This document shows positions 19,735-29,740 of a stretch of DNA of 58,359 nucleotides, piece by piece (positions within the stretch are counted from its first letter, which is position 1; each line of letters begins with the position of its first letter). The translations under genes were made by a program, and so were the position numbers. Source of the DNA: an uncultured Planctomycetales bacterium (GTDB lineage: Bacteria > Omnitrophota > Gorgyraeia > Zapsychrales > JANLHA01); NCBI GenBank assembly GCA_964400065.1, contig CAYNSM010000002.1, positions 1 to 58,359 on the forward strand. Reading direction: 5' to 3'. The notes beneath the pieces were generated by a model. The model did no database searches, was not told the origin of the DNA, and saw nothing but the letters and a program-made list of their open reading frames with translations.

Positions 19735-21486
19735 TTAACCTGCACTATCCTTACCATGATATATTTGATTTTCCAAAGAATCCAAATACGCCAGCGTCAT
19801 ACCAAAAAAAGCCCAAAAAAAGATTGCGTTATGCGGCAATTCTAAAAAAACAAGAAAATTGCTGACCACAACCCAATAAACCAAGCACGCTATTAAAAAT
19901 CCACCCCAAATCGAACGTTTTTTTAAAAAACGCATCGTCATATTAACCAAACCCCCAAAAACAAAAATCACGCAGACAAACCCAACTAAACCACCCCTAT
20001 AAATCATGTGCACAAAAGAATTATGCGGAGTAATCCAACCATCCCGAGTCCATTCCGTTTTAGCCCAATCGAGTATCTCCATAGACACAGACCGCTGCGG
20101 CTGTCCAAAACTGATACCCCAAAACCATGCTTTTTGTTGCACAAAATCCCTAATCATATCCCGCCAAATAAAAACACGAAAGAAAATATTATTGTAGGCA
20201 ATATCTAATGAACGATACGAGTTGGTTGTCGTTTCACTTTTTCGGACAGGTTGGATAAAGAATTCATCGATATTTTTTATCTTCACATTTAAATTGTCCT
20301 TAACTTGTACCTGATTACTACCAATTGTGCTACGGGATATGGTTTTAACCGGTTGCGTTATTTGCGTGACTGGGCTCTCAGAAGAAACACTTGTACTGGC
20401 CAGATTTTTCGCAAATCTTCCTTGAGATGTTTCCTGCAATATTTCTTGCGATGGTTTTTCGGGTGATTTTTGCAAAATCGAAGGCACTACATTCTCTGGG
20501 ACTTTTATCAAACCTGGTTTTTCAACTGAAACTGTAAAAGTTGAAAAATTTTTGGCATTGTGCGAAACGCTTACCATGCTTCTAAATTTCTGTGTCCTAA
20601 TATTCTCATGATAAATTTGGACATCCAGAGGTCTTAAAACATATCCTTTCTGCTGTCGTTGAATTTGTGCATCCAACTGTTGATACTGTTTGCGTAATTC
20701 ATAAAAGGTCGTCATCGACCTAAGCATATTTATATCTCCGAACTTAAACAGGACCAGCAAAAAAAGAACCGCCAAGAAAATTAACCCCACTAGCTTAACT
20801 TGCCAGCGCGCTTTTAACATTCCAAAAAGAAAATATACTGCCAAGAAAATAACCATGCCACCGATCCCAACCATATGCGAACGTCCGTTCCACCAAAGTA
20901 CGTGAGAATATCCAACATAAAACATACAAAGCAAAATTCCAATTAAAGAAAAAATCCGCGGACGCAAGCGCAATACTAAACCCAGAGCAAGCATAAAAAA
21001 AGCTATTACAAAGTAATCGTTAACTCTTAGTAAGAAAAGATTAAAGAATAAAAATACCAATAAAACCGATCTAAACAATCCAGTAAAAATATTTTTATCA
21101 AAAATCACGTATCCAACAAAGAAAAAAACAGGATAATAGAATAAAGCAGCGTTACGCAAAGCCAGCGGGCCGCCAAATTTATAACCCAAATACGCCTTGA
21201 CTAAAACCCAAAAGAAATATAACGCAATAGCCGCAACTACCTTAAAATTAACACCTTCCCTACACCCACTAAAATAGCCAGCCATCCAGATCATGCAGAA
21301 AGAAAACAAAATTTCACCAACAAAAATCGGGAAATCAAGAAACGAGAACTGAATATGCATCTCAGCAAAATCAGAAGTATAAAGAGAATACAAATAACAA
21401 AAAAGCGCAACGATAAAAAAAACCGTTCTCTTTACAAAAATCCGACTAAAGCTTTGACTGATCTTCAATATGAGTTTGTAAAACAA
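19735..21486 (-). CDS. second Wzy_C-like (O-antigen ligase/polymerase family) membrane protein with a large S/T/Q-rich loop
   Basis: 583 aa. The start is TTG 21486 or TTG 21468 (TTGA overlap); there is no early ATG. Multiple TM segments. PHNSFVHMIYRGGLVGF matches the HN...E/G.G motif of the family. A roughly 200-aa hydrophilic loop spans about residues 255-470. Confidence 0.6.
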   Translation of the reverse strand: MFYKLILKISQSFSRIFVKRTVFFIVALFCYLYSLYTSDFAEMHIQFSFLDFPIFVGEILFSFCMIWMAGYFSGCREGVNFKVVAAIALYFFWVLVKAYLGYKFGGPLALRNAALFYYPVFFFVGYVIFDKNIFTGLFRSVLLVFLFFNLFLLRVNDYFVIAFFMLALGLVLRLRPRIFSLIGILLCMFYVGYSHVLWWNGRSHMVGIGGMVIFLAVYFLFGMLKARWQVKLVGLIFLAVLFLLVLFKFGDINMLRSMTTFYELRKQYQQLDAQIQRQQKGYVLRPLDVQIYHENIRTQKFRSMVSVSHNAKNFSTFTVSVEKPGLIKVPENVVPSILQKSPEKPSQEILQETSQGRFAKNLASTSVSSESPVTQITQPVKTISRSTIGSNQVQVKDNLNVKIKNIDEFFIQPVRKSETTTNSYRSLDIAYNNIFFRVFIWRDMIRDFVQQKAWFWGISFGQPQRSVSMEILDWAKTEWTRDGWITPHNSFVHMIYRGGLVGFVCVIFVFGGLVNMTMRFLKKRSIWGGFLIACLVYWVVVSNFLVFLELPHNAIFFWAFFGMTLAYLDSLENQIYHGKDSAG

Positions 21487-23588
21487 ATTTTATCCTTGCC
21501 CCAAAGTTGGGCATACTGATCTGCGGCATCAGATAAAACCGTCTGACGCGATAACCCTGCGTTAAGGCCATCTAAAAGCCACTTAAGATAATTGCCCATA
21601 CGCTCTGCAGCACGTCCGTCACGGAAAGGGTCAACCTGATCCAAAAAAGCATTACAATTTCCTATTGAGACTTTTGCGCCCGGTTTTTCAAAAAAATCGC
21701 TACATCCTTCCCACAAAGTGTCTAGATCCTGAAAAACGACTTTTCCCAAACCATCTTTATAAAATGGGCTGACAGGCCAACCTTCCGCATCCAGAAATAT
21801 GGTTGAAGCTCCCGCCAAGGCCGCTTCAACGCCAGCAGAACCAGCACTCAAGCATTCATGAATAGTTAAGTCGGCAGCCATCGCAGCCAAAGCCGGCGGA
21901 TACATCCCCTGTAAAGAACCTCCAGACAAAACCATGCAACGGCCTGTTTTTTGTAAATCATCGAGCATATTTGCCACCCGACCCAATCGGCGACGTAAAT
22001 TTGAAGGTGCTTTTGGTTTAAAAATAATTCCGTAACGGGAATCTTTTAAAACTTTTTCAATAAGATAGGCATAATTCTTTTGTGTAAAATTATGCCCGGT
22101 AAACCATCTTCCATCGTCTAAAGTGTTTTCATCTAAAAAAGAGATAATCCTCTCAGCGCCATTCTTTCTTAAAGAAAGAGCTATCTGCTGCGCTTTTTCT
22201 TTCAAATATGAGAAACGAAAATCCCCTAAATATCCAGTTACCACCTGATAAGCAATATCGGAACGGTTAGCCTTTTCAACACTAAAATTGTTTTTATTAT
22301 AACAAAAAAGCACATCTGCAACGACCGTCAATTCCCTGGTTGGGGACGTTTCAAAAGCACGCTGATAAATTGTTGTTATCCCGCCAAGACTCCCAAGCGC
22401 ATCCATCAGAGGAATATGTTTCGCATCATATTTATACCAGTGTGTATATAAACGGATATTGCCCTCTTCAAAAAGATCCTTCCAATACCCAAACTGACGA
22501 TTATATTCAAATGTTTTTGCACGCAAGACAGAAAACTCGAAAGAATCTTTTTTGTCCTCCGGCAAAGGGACACTCAAATGCCAGTCGTTAGAGACTAACC
22601 AAGGGGCATGAATAGGCACTTTGTCCAAAGACAAACAGCTGGCTCTTGAAAAACGAACAAGCGCTGAAATACGCTGTTTTTGCATCTCCATCCACTTTTT
22701 CTCATCCAAAGGATCCTGAGAAAGACCAAAAAGAAGCTTAATGTCTTCACCTCGTAATTGTGATTGTTGATAAAAGAATAGGTCCGAGTACGTATCCTTT
22801 CGCTCTAAATTCAAATGCCCGTAATACTCCACCCCCAAAGTATATTTGACATCGCCTGTAAACTCCTTTCTTTTTGAATCAACATTCGGTTGAGATACTT
22901 TTCTAAAAAGTCTTCTTAAATTTCTCACCACAAAAGTTCCCTGATTAACATAACGCGCCAAAAATTGACGGACAATTTTTTTCAAATCAAAAAAAATATT
23001 TTTAAAAAACGCACCAAAAATCAAATGAACATCAAATTCCAACGCATATTCCCGCAAAATTTCCGGCCAATTCCTTTTTCTTAAAAACAACCCAATACTG
23101 GTCTTTTCATCTTTCAAATGCCATCGGCTGATATTTATAAGTGCCAGCGCATGCATAAACTGACAATGCCGATTAAGAGTCGTAAAATCAAACTCCATAA
23201 TGTCTTTAGCTAAATAATCACTTAAATGAAACGATCCGTGAAACAAGCTGATATAGTCTTGAAAAATTTTATCTGCAATAATCTTATCCTGAATCTGCGC
23301 CAAATCCTGATAAGCCAACCTTAAACGCAAAGAAAAATCCTGCTGATCCCTTAAATCAGATATCTCAAAATCCATAACACGAACTTGCCATTTTACAAAT
23401 CCGGAAAGCCACCGAGCAAAACACAAACTCAAAAAAGTCGCATCAAAAACATAAATGATATTTTTTGATAGACGTCCATTCCTTTTGTATTCCCGATAAA
23501 CAGGCAAAATATCAAAGAACAAACTTTTAAGATTCAATAATTCGACGAACAAAGAAACGGATTTCAACCCGGCTGCTTCGAATTTCAT
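21465..23588 (-). CDS. hypothetical protein, possible GT-B-like transferase C-terminal domain
   Basis: The track start 23636 is TTG. ATG 23588 lies 10 nt after the upstream stop. 707 aa, soluble. The only hint I see is the C-terminal GGSLQGMYPPALAAMAADLTIHECLSAGSAGVEAALAGASTIFLD, which resembles the nucleotide-sugar-binding half of capsule/teichoic-type GT-B enzymes. Confidence 0.35.
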   Translation of the reverse strand: MKFEAAGLKSVSLFVELLNLKSLFFDILPVYREYKRNGRLSKNIIYVFDATFLSLCFARWLSGFVKWQVRVMDFEISDLRDQQDFSLRLRLAYQDLAQIQDKIIADKIFQDYISLFHGSFHLSDYLAKDIMEFDFTTLNRHCQFMHALALINISRWHLKDEKTSIGLFLRKRNWPEILREYALEFDVHLIFGAFFKNIFFDLKKIVRQFLARYVNQGTFVVRNLRRLFRKVSQPNVDSKRKEFTGDVKYTLGVEYYGHLNLERKDTYSDLFFYQQSQLRGEDIKLLFGLSQDPLDEKKWMEMQKQRISALVRFSRASCLSLDKVPIHAPWLVSNDWHLSVPLPEDKKDSFEFSVLRAKTFEYNRQFGYWKDLFEEGNIRLYTHWYKYDAKHIPLMDALGSLGGITTIYQRAFETSPTRELTVVADVLFCYNKNNFSVEKANRSDIAYQVVTGYLGDFRFSYLKEKAQQIALSLRKNGAERIISFLDENTLDDGRWFTGHNFTQKNYAYLIEKVLKDSRYGIIFKPKAPSNLRRRLGRVANMLDDLQKTGRCMVLSGGSLQGMYPPALAAMAADLTIHECLSAGSAGVEAALAGASTIFLDAEGWPVSPFYKDGLGKVVFQDLDTLWEGCSDFFEKPGAKVSIGNCNAFLDQVDPFRDGRAAERMGNYLKWLLDGLNAGLSRQTVLSDAADQYAQLWGKDKICFTNSY

Positions 23589-23598
23589 GCTGGACTCT

Positions 23599-25251
23599 TC
23601 ATTTAGGTGAAACTTTGATGAAACTTCGCATCCCAAGAATTTCTTTTAAAATCCTTTTTTCCGGAGCTTTAAAAGATATCGGAAACCCGTCAACCGATAA
23701 CTTTCTAATACCTGCGATCAAATCCAACTTATTGAACTTAACAAGACCGCAGGTTCTCAGACGTAAAATAACTTTCTGCGATGGAATTCTTTCCTTTACG
23801 TAGCGGAACAAATCACTAGGTGGACTACGATCTTGACCAGTCGTCGAAAAATACATCCGGTCACGGAATTCATAATGATCTGTATACAAATAATAGACAT
23901 CCCCTGATTCGCTTGAAAGAATGCGAGCAAGTAATTCCTCTATTTTTTCGGGATCCTGCGTAGGGTTAACAACATACGCACGCGAAATAAGCGATCCACC
24001 CCCGTTAAGCCCTAAATCGCTGGCATAAACCAGAAGCAGATCATTTTGCTTTAGATTTTTGTTTAGCCAAGCGATGGGAACACGGATATTGCTGCGCTCG
24101 CAATAAGCATTAACCATAAATAAACCAATATTAAAAAAAATAAAAACCGCGATTATTCCATAACGAAATTTCTCAGAAATTTCAGGACGCAAAAGCATTT
24201 GGGAGAATCCCAAAACACTCATCATTACAGAAATATAAAAAAACCGAGAAAAGAATATATGATTGTGCGGATTAAAAAGGCCGATACATATCCCGGAAAT
24301 AATACCTGTAAAAAATAACCACGAATAAAAATCCCAGCCTCTACTCGTTTTCAGGTCTCGAACAACAAAACCTAAACCCAAAAAACAAACATTAAGCGCC
24401 AAAACGTAGCGCAGTATTCCAGCCAAATTATCCCAGTACGTCACAAAAGTCCGCCCCATCGTGCGATGCTTAACATCAACAACCAACTGGCCCATAATCA
24501 AATCTAACAAAAAAACAATAAGAGGCGCGGCAACCACAATTATACCCCCTAAAAAGACTTTTGTTTTAAAACTGAATTTTTCATTAAATTTCCCGAAGAG
24601 ACTTCTCGTTTGAGGCAATGTTAAAAGGATCCCCAAAAAGTAAATTGCCACATGCTGCACCTGCCAATGATCAATGGTCGGTAAAATAAGCGCCGTAAAA
24701 CTAGCTAATAAAAATCCACATCCCCAAACACCCTTGTGTTTTTCAAAAGCAACAAGAGCTTCCCAATAAAAGACAATGCTTAAGATCATCAACCATCCCA
24801 ACGGGGCATAAAATCTGACATATACTGATTGTTCAAACACAAACGCTTGGCCAAAAAAGAAAATAGCGGCAAAAGATACCGCCTTCCATGAGGCTTTAAG
24901 ACGCAAGCAAATATAAAATGCAAAAGTTGCAAACGTCAGCAATACAGAAATAAGTGGAATCACCCGAAAAGCCAGAAGCGACAATCCCGTTATTTTATAA
25001 ATAAGGCTTGTTAAATACGTGATCACAAGCCCACGCGTATACGTCCCTGGGATAATACGCCCTTCATCAAAAGCCCATTGGCTGTATTGACCAGTCTCGA
25101 CAAGCCCTTTTCCCGTCGAAAAATGGACCATTTCATCTCCCCATCCCGTAAATTGTTTCGCGCAAATAAACCAAACAAACAAAAATAAAGCCATGATCCC
25201 AAGCGTTAAATAAAAATAAGGACTTTTGATTTTACTAGTTACATCATTCAC
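23599..25251 (-). CDS. GT-C fold glycosyltransferase (PMT / ArnT-like, PMT_2 type)
   Basis: Many TM segments. The first loop motif GWGDEMVHF resembles the DE(V)HF motif of protein O-mannosyltransferase/ArnT-like enzymes. Start is uncertain among TTG 25317, ATG 25302, and GTG 25251. I chose GTG 25251 because it has the best SD (GGGGAG, 7 nt upstream). Confidence 0.65.
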   Translation of the reverse strand: MNDVTSKIKSPYFYLTLGIMALFLFVWFICAKQFTGWGDEMVHFSTGKGLVETGQYSQWAFDEGRIIPGTYTRGLVITYLTSLIYKITGLSLLAFRVIPLISVLLTFATFAFYICLRLKASWKAVSFAAIFFFGQAFVFEQSVYVRFYAPLGWLMILSIVFYWEALVAFEKHKGVWGCGFLLASFTALILPTIDHWQVQHVAIYFLGILLTLPQTRSLFGKFNEKFSFKTKVFLGGIIVVAAPLIVFLLDLIMGQLVVDVKHRTMGRTFVTYWDNLAGILRYVLALNVCFLGLGFVVRDLKTSRGWDFYSWLFFTGIISGICIGLFNPHNHIFFSRFFYISVMMSVLGFSQMLLRPEISEKFRYGIIAVFIFFNIGLFMVNAYCERSNIRVPIAWLNKNLKQNDLLLVYASDLGLNGGGSLISRAYVVNPTQDPEKIEELLARILSSESGDVYYLYTDHYEFRDRMYFSTTGQDRSPPSDLFRYVKERIPSQKVILRLRTCGLVKFNKLDLIAGIRKLSVDGFPISFKAPEKRILKEILGMRSFIKVSPK

Positions 25252-25279
25252 GGGTCTTCTCCCCTTTAATAAAATACGA

Positions 25280-26401
25280 TCAACAAATTTGGCAAATCGC
25301 ATCAACCATATAATCAAGTTCTTCTTTCTTTAATCCAGGAAACATCGGCAAGGTAATAATGGATCGGGAAATTCGCTGGGTAACTGGGAGCTTATTATCA
25401 TATTGACTGAAGTTCCTTTGGTAAAAGGCCTGCTCATGTATCGCAGGATAAAAATGGACCGAAGCTTTGACACCTTTTTTATTCAATTCTCTGACAATAA
25501 AATCCCGGCGAGAAACGTCTTTAATCACAATAACAAACATCTGGAACACATGCTCACACCTTTGATCGATAAAGGGAAGCTCAATCCAGTTAAGAGTTTG
25601 CAGCTTTTCAAAAAGATAAGCAGCATGACGCTTGCGCAGTGCGTTTAATCGATCAAGCCGCAATATTTGTGCATACCCAATAGCGGCCAGCACATTGCTT
25701 AACCGAAAATTATATCCGGCATAAGAAGCATTGCGATACCAAGGCGTCTCTCTCTTTTCGCGTTCAAAAGTAGTTGAATCAATGCCATGCGCTAAAAGAG
25801 CTCTGATCATTAAAGCCAAACGATCATCGCTCGTTGTAATCATACCGCCTTCACCACTCGTCATATTTTTTGTTGGAAAAAAAGAAAAACATCCGAAACC
25901 AAACGACCCGGCTTGTTTGCCTTGAAAAGTACCACCTAAGTTTTCAGCAGAATCCTCAATGACATGAAGATTATATTTCTGTGCCAAATGCATAATAATC
26001 TGCATATCAGCGCACTGCCCGGCATAATGGACCGGCATAATCGCCTGTGTCTTATCGGTAATCGCCTTCTCGATAAGCTGCGCATCTATATTATATGTTT
26101 TAGGATCAATATCGACAAAAACAGGCGTAGCACCCGCCGTGATCACAGCATTAGCCGTTGCCACAAACGAAAAACTCGGGATAATAACTTCTCCGGTAAT
26201 ACCTAATGCCTTCAGACACAAAAAAAGGGCTGACGTACACGAATTACAAGTAATCGCATGCTTGACACCAACCACCTTAGCAAATTCTTCTTCCAGCTTA
26301 TGATTGAAAGGGCCATGAGCCAGCCAGCCGGATTCCAACGCCTCTAAAACATACTTCTTTTCCTGATCCGTGATATCAGGAAAACTCAACTTCACTTCCA
26401 T
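25280..26401 (-). CDS. DegT/DnrJ/EryC1/StrS family PLP-dependent sugar aminotransferase
   Basis: 373 aa. FSFFPTKNMTSGEGGMI carries the catalytic lysine, and the N-terminus has EALESGWLAHGP. Confidence 0.9.
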   Translation of the reverse strand: MEVKLSFPDITDQEKKYVLEALESGWLAHGPFNHKLEEEFAKVVGVKHAITCNSCTSALFLCLKALGITGEVIIPSFSFVATANAVITAGATPVFVDIDPKTYNIDAQLIEKAITDKTQAIMPVHYAGQCADMQIIMHLAQKYNLHVIEDSAENLGGTFQGKQAGSFGFGCFSFFPTKNMTSGEGGMITTSDDRLALMIRALLAHGIDSTTFEREKRETPWYRNASYAGYNFRLSNVLAAIGYAQILRLDRLNALRKRHAAYLFEKLQTLNWIELPFIDQRCEHVFQMFVIVIKDVSRRDFIVRELNKKGVKASVHFYPAIHEQAFYQRNFSQYDNKLPVTQRISRSIITLPMFPGLKKEELDYMVDAICQIC

Positions 26402-26412
26402 CTTAATCCTCC

Positions 26413-27414
26413 TTATGATGTAACAAAAAGCGGATGATATTGCTTTAAAAAGTCGACGTACTCTCTTATTCCCTTTTTCAAGTCATAATCCGGAACATAG
26501 CCTAAAAGCTTACGAGCTTTTTCGATCGAAAGCGTGCCGCGTTTAGGACGAAAAGAATCGCGCGCAACCACCTCATATTCCAAATCCGGAAAATATTCTT
26601 TCAGTTCAAGAACAAAATCCAGCAGTCGCGAGGCCTGTCCACGGGTAATGTTAAAAGTTTCTCCAATAGCATTCGGATTAACAGCGGCTAAAACAAAACC
26701 TTTGGCAATGTCCTTAACGTAAGTAAAATCTAAAGATTCATCTTCGCCATGCACAGTAATTTTTTCGCCTTTGAGCGCCTTCTCAACAAAAATTTGTGTC
26801 ACGCGCCTGTTCATATCCGTCGGGCCATAAACAGCTGATGGACGAATGATCGCGCTCTTAAATCCAAAATAATTAGAAAGCCCTTTGGCAATGCTTTCTC
26901 CGGCTAACTTCATCGCTCCATACACTTCTTTAGGATTTGTCGGATGGCTTTCATCCGCTGGATCTATCTGAAAATCCCCGTAAACCATGCTTGAACTCGC
27001 ATAAACGATACGCTCTGGCTGATAATTGTATTTTTGTTTCAAATATCCGGCTATTTCAAAAATATAAGATGTGGCTATAACGCTGCCTTCCATCGCTTCA
27101 TTCGTATTTAAATTATCGATTTTTGCCAAAGGCAAAGCTGCTAAGTGCAAAATATATTCTGGACGATATTTATCCAAAATATTTAATAACACGCTGTGAT
27201 ATTTAGCTTCGCCGCGTTCAATAATGACTTTATCTTCAATACCTTTGATGCGTAATTTGCGATAATCATAAAAATCTTCCCTGATAGTTGAGACATACCT
27301 TCCATAGTGATCTAAGGCAACCACTTTATCAACATACCCACCCTCCAACATCTGGCGAGCAATATTTGAACCAATAAATCCCAATCCGCCGGTAATAAAT
27401 GCGCATTTACCCAT
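26413..27414 (-). CDS. NAD-dependent epimerase/dehydratase (SDR) family protein
   Basis: 333 aa with ITGGLGFIGSN and a YGAMK catalytic pair. Confidence 0.85.
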   Translation of the reverse strand: MGKCAFITGGLGFIGSNIARQMLEGGYVDKVVALDHYGRYVSTIREDFYDYRKLRIKGIEDKVIIERGEAKYHSVLLNILDKYRPEYILHLAALPLAKIDNLNTNEAMEGSVIATSYIFEIAGYLKQKYNYQPERIVYASSSMVYGDFQIDPADESHPTNPKEVYGAMKLAGESIAKGLSNYFGFKSAIIRPSAVYGPTDMNRRVTQIFVEKALKGEKITVHGEDESLDFTYVKDIAKGFVLAAVNPNAIGETFNITRGQASRLLDFVLELKEYFPDLEYEVVARDSFRPKRGTLSIEKARKLLGYVPDYDLKKGIREYVDFLKQYHPLFVTS

Positions 27415-27437
27415 AATGCATCTCCTTTTTCATTAAA

Positions 27438-28151
27438 CTATTCTCGACTGAACTTTTTATAATATCCCAACCGCATACGAACAAACAAACTGATAAATTC
27501 CAAAAATCCAAAGATCAATTTTTTAAAGGGATGATATTTTGAAGAATCAAACTGCCGCTCTCCATGCCGAACAAAAACTTCCCGGATATCTTTAGCGCCA
27601 CGATCCATCACGATCAACGGCAAAAAACGATGATCGTTTTTCTTAAGAACAACCTTTTTAACAAAACGCGTCTGAAACCCCACAAAACTCCCCGAATTGC
27701 TGTGCAATGGCGAATTAAAAAGCAAAAGGATGATGGCATCATAAACGTATCCCGCCAACCGATAAAGACGCCGATGTTTGCGACATTCACGCAAACCCAT
27801 CACCAATTCCGCCCCTTGTTCAAATAATCGAAAAAATAACAGTAAATCCTCGGGATGATCCTGCATATCTCCATCCATGCGAATAATCACCTCGCCGCGA
27901 ACAATCGCAAACGCTTCCAAAAAAGCTCCTGTTTGTCCCGAACGATGATCTAAAAATATAGGCCGGATATATCGATAAACAGCGGCAAATTTATCTATCA
28001 ATTTCCTTGTCTCATCCGTTGAACAGTCATCAACAATAAGAACCTCAAACTCATGCCCCTTAGCAGCCTCAAGCGACTTACATAATAATGGCAGAAGAAT
28101 CTTTAATGAATTAAACTCATTATGAACTGGAATAACTATCGAGAACAACAT
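27438..28151 (-). CDS. GT2 glycosyltransferase, polyprenyl-phosphate sugar synthase type (ArnC/GtrB/DPM1-like)
   Basis: 237 aa with FSIVIPVHNE, LIVDDCSTDET and RMDGDMQDHPED (DxD region). Short single-domain GT2, typical of lipid-carrier charging enzymes. Confidence 0.8.
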   Translation of the reverse strand: MLFSIVIPVHNEFNSLKILLPLLCKSLEAAKGHEFEVLIVDDCSTDETRKLIDKFAAVYRYIRPIFLDHRSGQTGAFLEAFAIVRGEVIIRMDGDMQDHPEDLLLFFRLFEQGAELVMGLRECRKHRRLYRLAGYVYDAIILLLFNSPLHSNSGSFVGFQTRFVKKVVLKKNDHRFLPLIVMDRGAKDIREVFVRHGERQFDSSKYHPFKKLIFGFLEFISLFVRMRLGYYKKFSRE

Positions 28152-28172
28152 CTTAGCATCATCCTGTATATC

Positions 28173-28919
28173 TTAAACAATCGGATTAAAAGGGTTATTA
28201 ATATGCGCATGTAAAACAAGAACGCTCTCTTTTAAACAAAAACCGCATTTCTCGTAAAGGTTAATTGACGGAATATTCGTGATCTGTGTGTTTACCAAAA
28301 TATCTTTTCCTTGGGCAGTCGCATTATCAATCAGGCTCCTAACCAACACGCCTCCAATCCCTTTATGCTGATAAGCTACGTTTACCCCGATAAGATCAAG
28401 CACGAGGATAGGTCTATCTCCAACAGTCTTTGATAAAGCAGCTAAAAAACCTACGACATTCCCCATTTGCTCAGCAACAAGAATGAAGTCTCCTCGTCGA
28501 CCATCGATGTAACTTGCTACCCAACTTTTTTTAAGTTTATCTGCCGTGTCTTTATCGATAAGAGGGTCACAATGAAAACGGTCATATTGAAATACCGTAG
28601 AAGCAATAGCCTGGATCGCTATACCGTCTTCTCTACGCAATGCTCGGACAAGAATATCCCGATTATGGATGAAAATTTGCGTATCGGTTTGCACCGGTCG
28701 ATGAAAAGTTAAACCGATATCTATAAGATAAAACCCGTTTTCTAAAAAACGTTTCAATTGATCCTTAGCGTTTAACGGCAATTTAACGTAAAAAAATATT
28801 TTTCCCTCGATTGTCCGACAAAACTCCTCAAACGATTCTTTATCAAACGTGCCCTTATTCTCAACACAAAAAGTGCGACAGCCTAAAATATCGGATAACC
28901 ATGTGTCTTGTTTAAACAA
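28173..28919 (-). CDS. GNAT N-acetyltransferase, WecD (dTDP-fucosamine acetyltransferase)-like
   Basis: 248 aa with a TTG start after a purine-rich AGAAAGAGAAAG. The C-terminal GNAT core is VAYQHKGIGGVL...NIPSINLYEKCGF, and the RFHCDP region is reminiscent of WecD. Confidence 0.6.
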   Translation of the reverse strand: MFKQDTWLSDILGCRTFCVENKGTFDKESFEEFCRTIEGKIFFYVKLPLNAKDQLKRFLENGFYLIDIGLTFHRPVQTDTQIFIHNRDILVRALRREDGIAIQAIASTVFQYDRFHCDPLIDKDTADKLKKSWVASYIDGRRGDFILVAEQMGNVVGFLAALSKTVGDRPILVLDLIGVNVAYQHKGIGGVLVRSLIDNATAQGKDILVNTQITNIPSINLYEKCGFCLKESVLVLHAHINNPFNPIV

Positions 28920-28977
28920 TGCTTTCTCTTTCTAATAGGTAGCGGAGAATTCTATCAAATCCCTCTCAAGCAGTGCC

Positions 28978-29718
28978 TTAATTTTTTTTCTGCGCCACGC
29001 ACAAAAGGCTTAGGCCAAAGCCAAAATTAATATTATTTTCAATATAAGAAAACCATGCTCCCAAAAGACGATTCAATATTCTTTTCAAAGGATTTTTCCC
29101 AATGTCTTTACTCTGCCGAAGAGATGTGTCCAAAGGTTTCTTTAAAATCCGTTCAGAAATAAAATACGGTAAATATCCAAGCATATTCCAAAGACGCAGA
29201 TGTTGAATATCAAAACCTTTCAATTTTAACTTTTCAACCAATTCTTTAGCAGTGTATCTGCGAAAATGTCCGGACATTTTATCGCGGCATCCATATAAAT
29301 GCGGATGATGAGGGACTAAAATGATCAAGCGGCCATCCTCTTTTAACAACCCTTTTAATTGACCCAACAGATCCACATCTTTTTCGATGTGCTCCAAAAC
29401 ATCAATCAATGTGATGCTGTCAAATTTATTCTGAATCTGACTTATTTGTTCGGCATATAAAGGATACATCTTGATTTCAAACGGATATAATTTATGAGAA
29501 AGCTCTATTAATTTTGTGTTTGGCTCTACTCCAGTTACATGAAAACCCTTTTGATTAGCAATCGCTAAAAAATGACCGACTCCACACCCTACATCCAAAA
29601 GGTCGGGACCTTTTGCTAAAGAAAGAATCAGTCGGTACAGGTTTGGATTCCGGAAATCACTCTTTAAATCATCAAGCTGCTTATAGAAATCCTCTAAATA
29701 TTGAAATGACGAATCCAT
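28978..29718 (-). CDS. class I SAM-dependent methyltransferase
   Basis: 246 aa with motif I LLDVGCGVGHF and post-I GVEPN. Confidence 0.85.
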   Translation of the reverse strand: MDSSFQYLEDFYKQLDDLKSDFRNPNLYRLILSLAKGPDLLDVGCGVGHFLAIANQKGFHVTGVEPNTKLIELSHKLYPFEIKMYPLYAEQISQIQNKFDSITLIDVLEHIEKDVDLLGQLKGLLKEDGRLIILVPHHPHLYGCRDKMSGHFRRYTAKELVEKLKLKGFDIQHLRLWNMLGYLPYFISERILKKPLDTSLRQSKDIGKNPLKRILNRLLGAWFSYIENNINFGFGLSLLCVAQKKN

Positions 29719-29740
29719 TGATTCTCCTATGTTTTAACAA

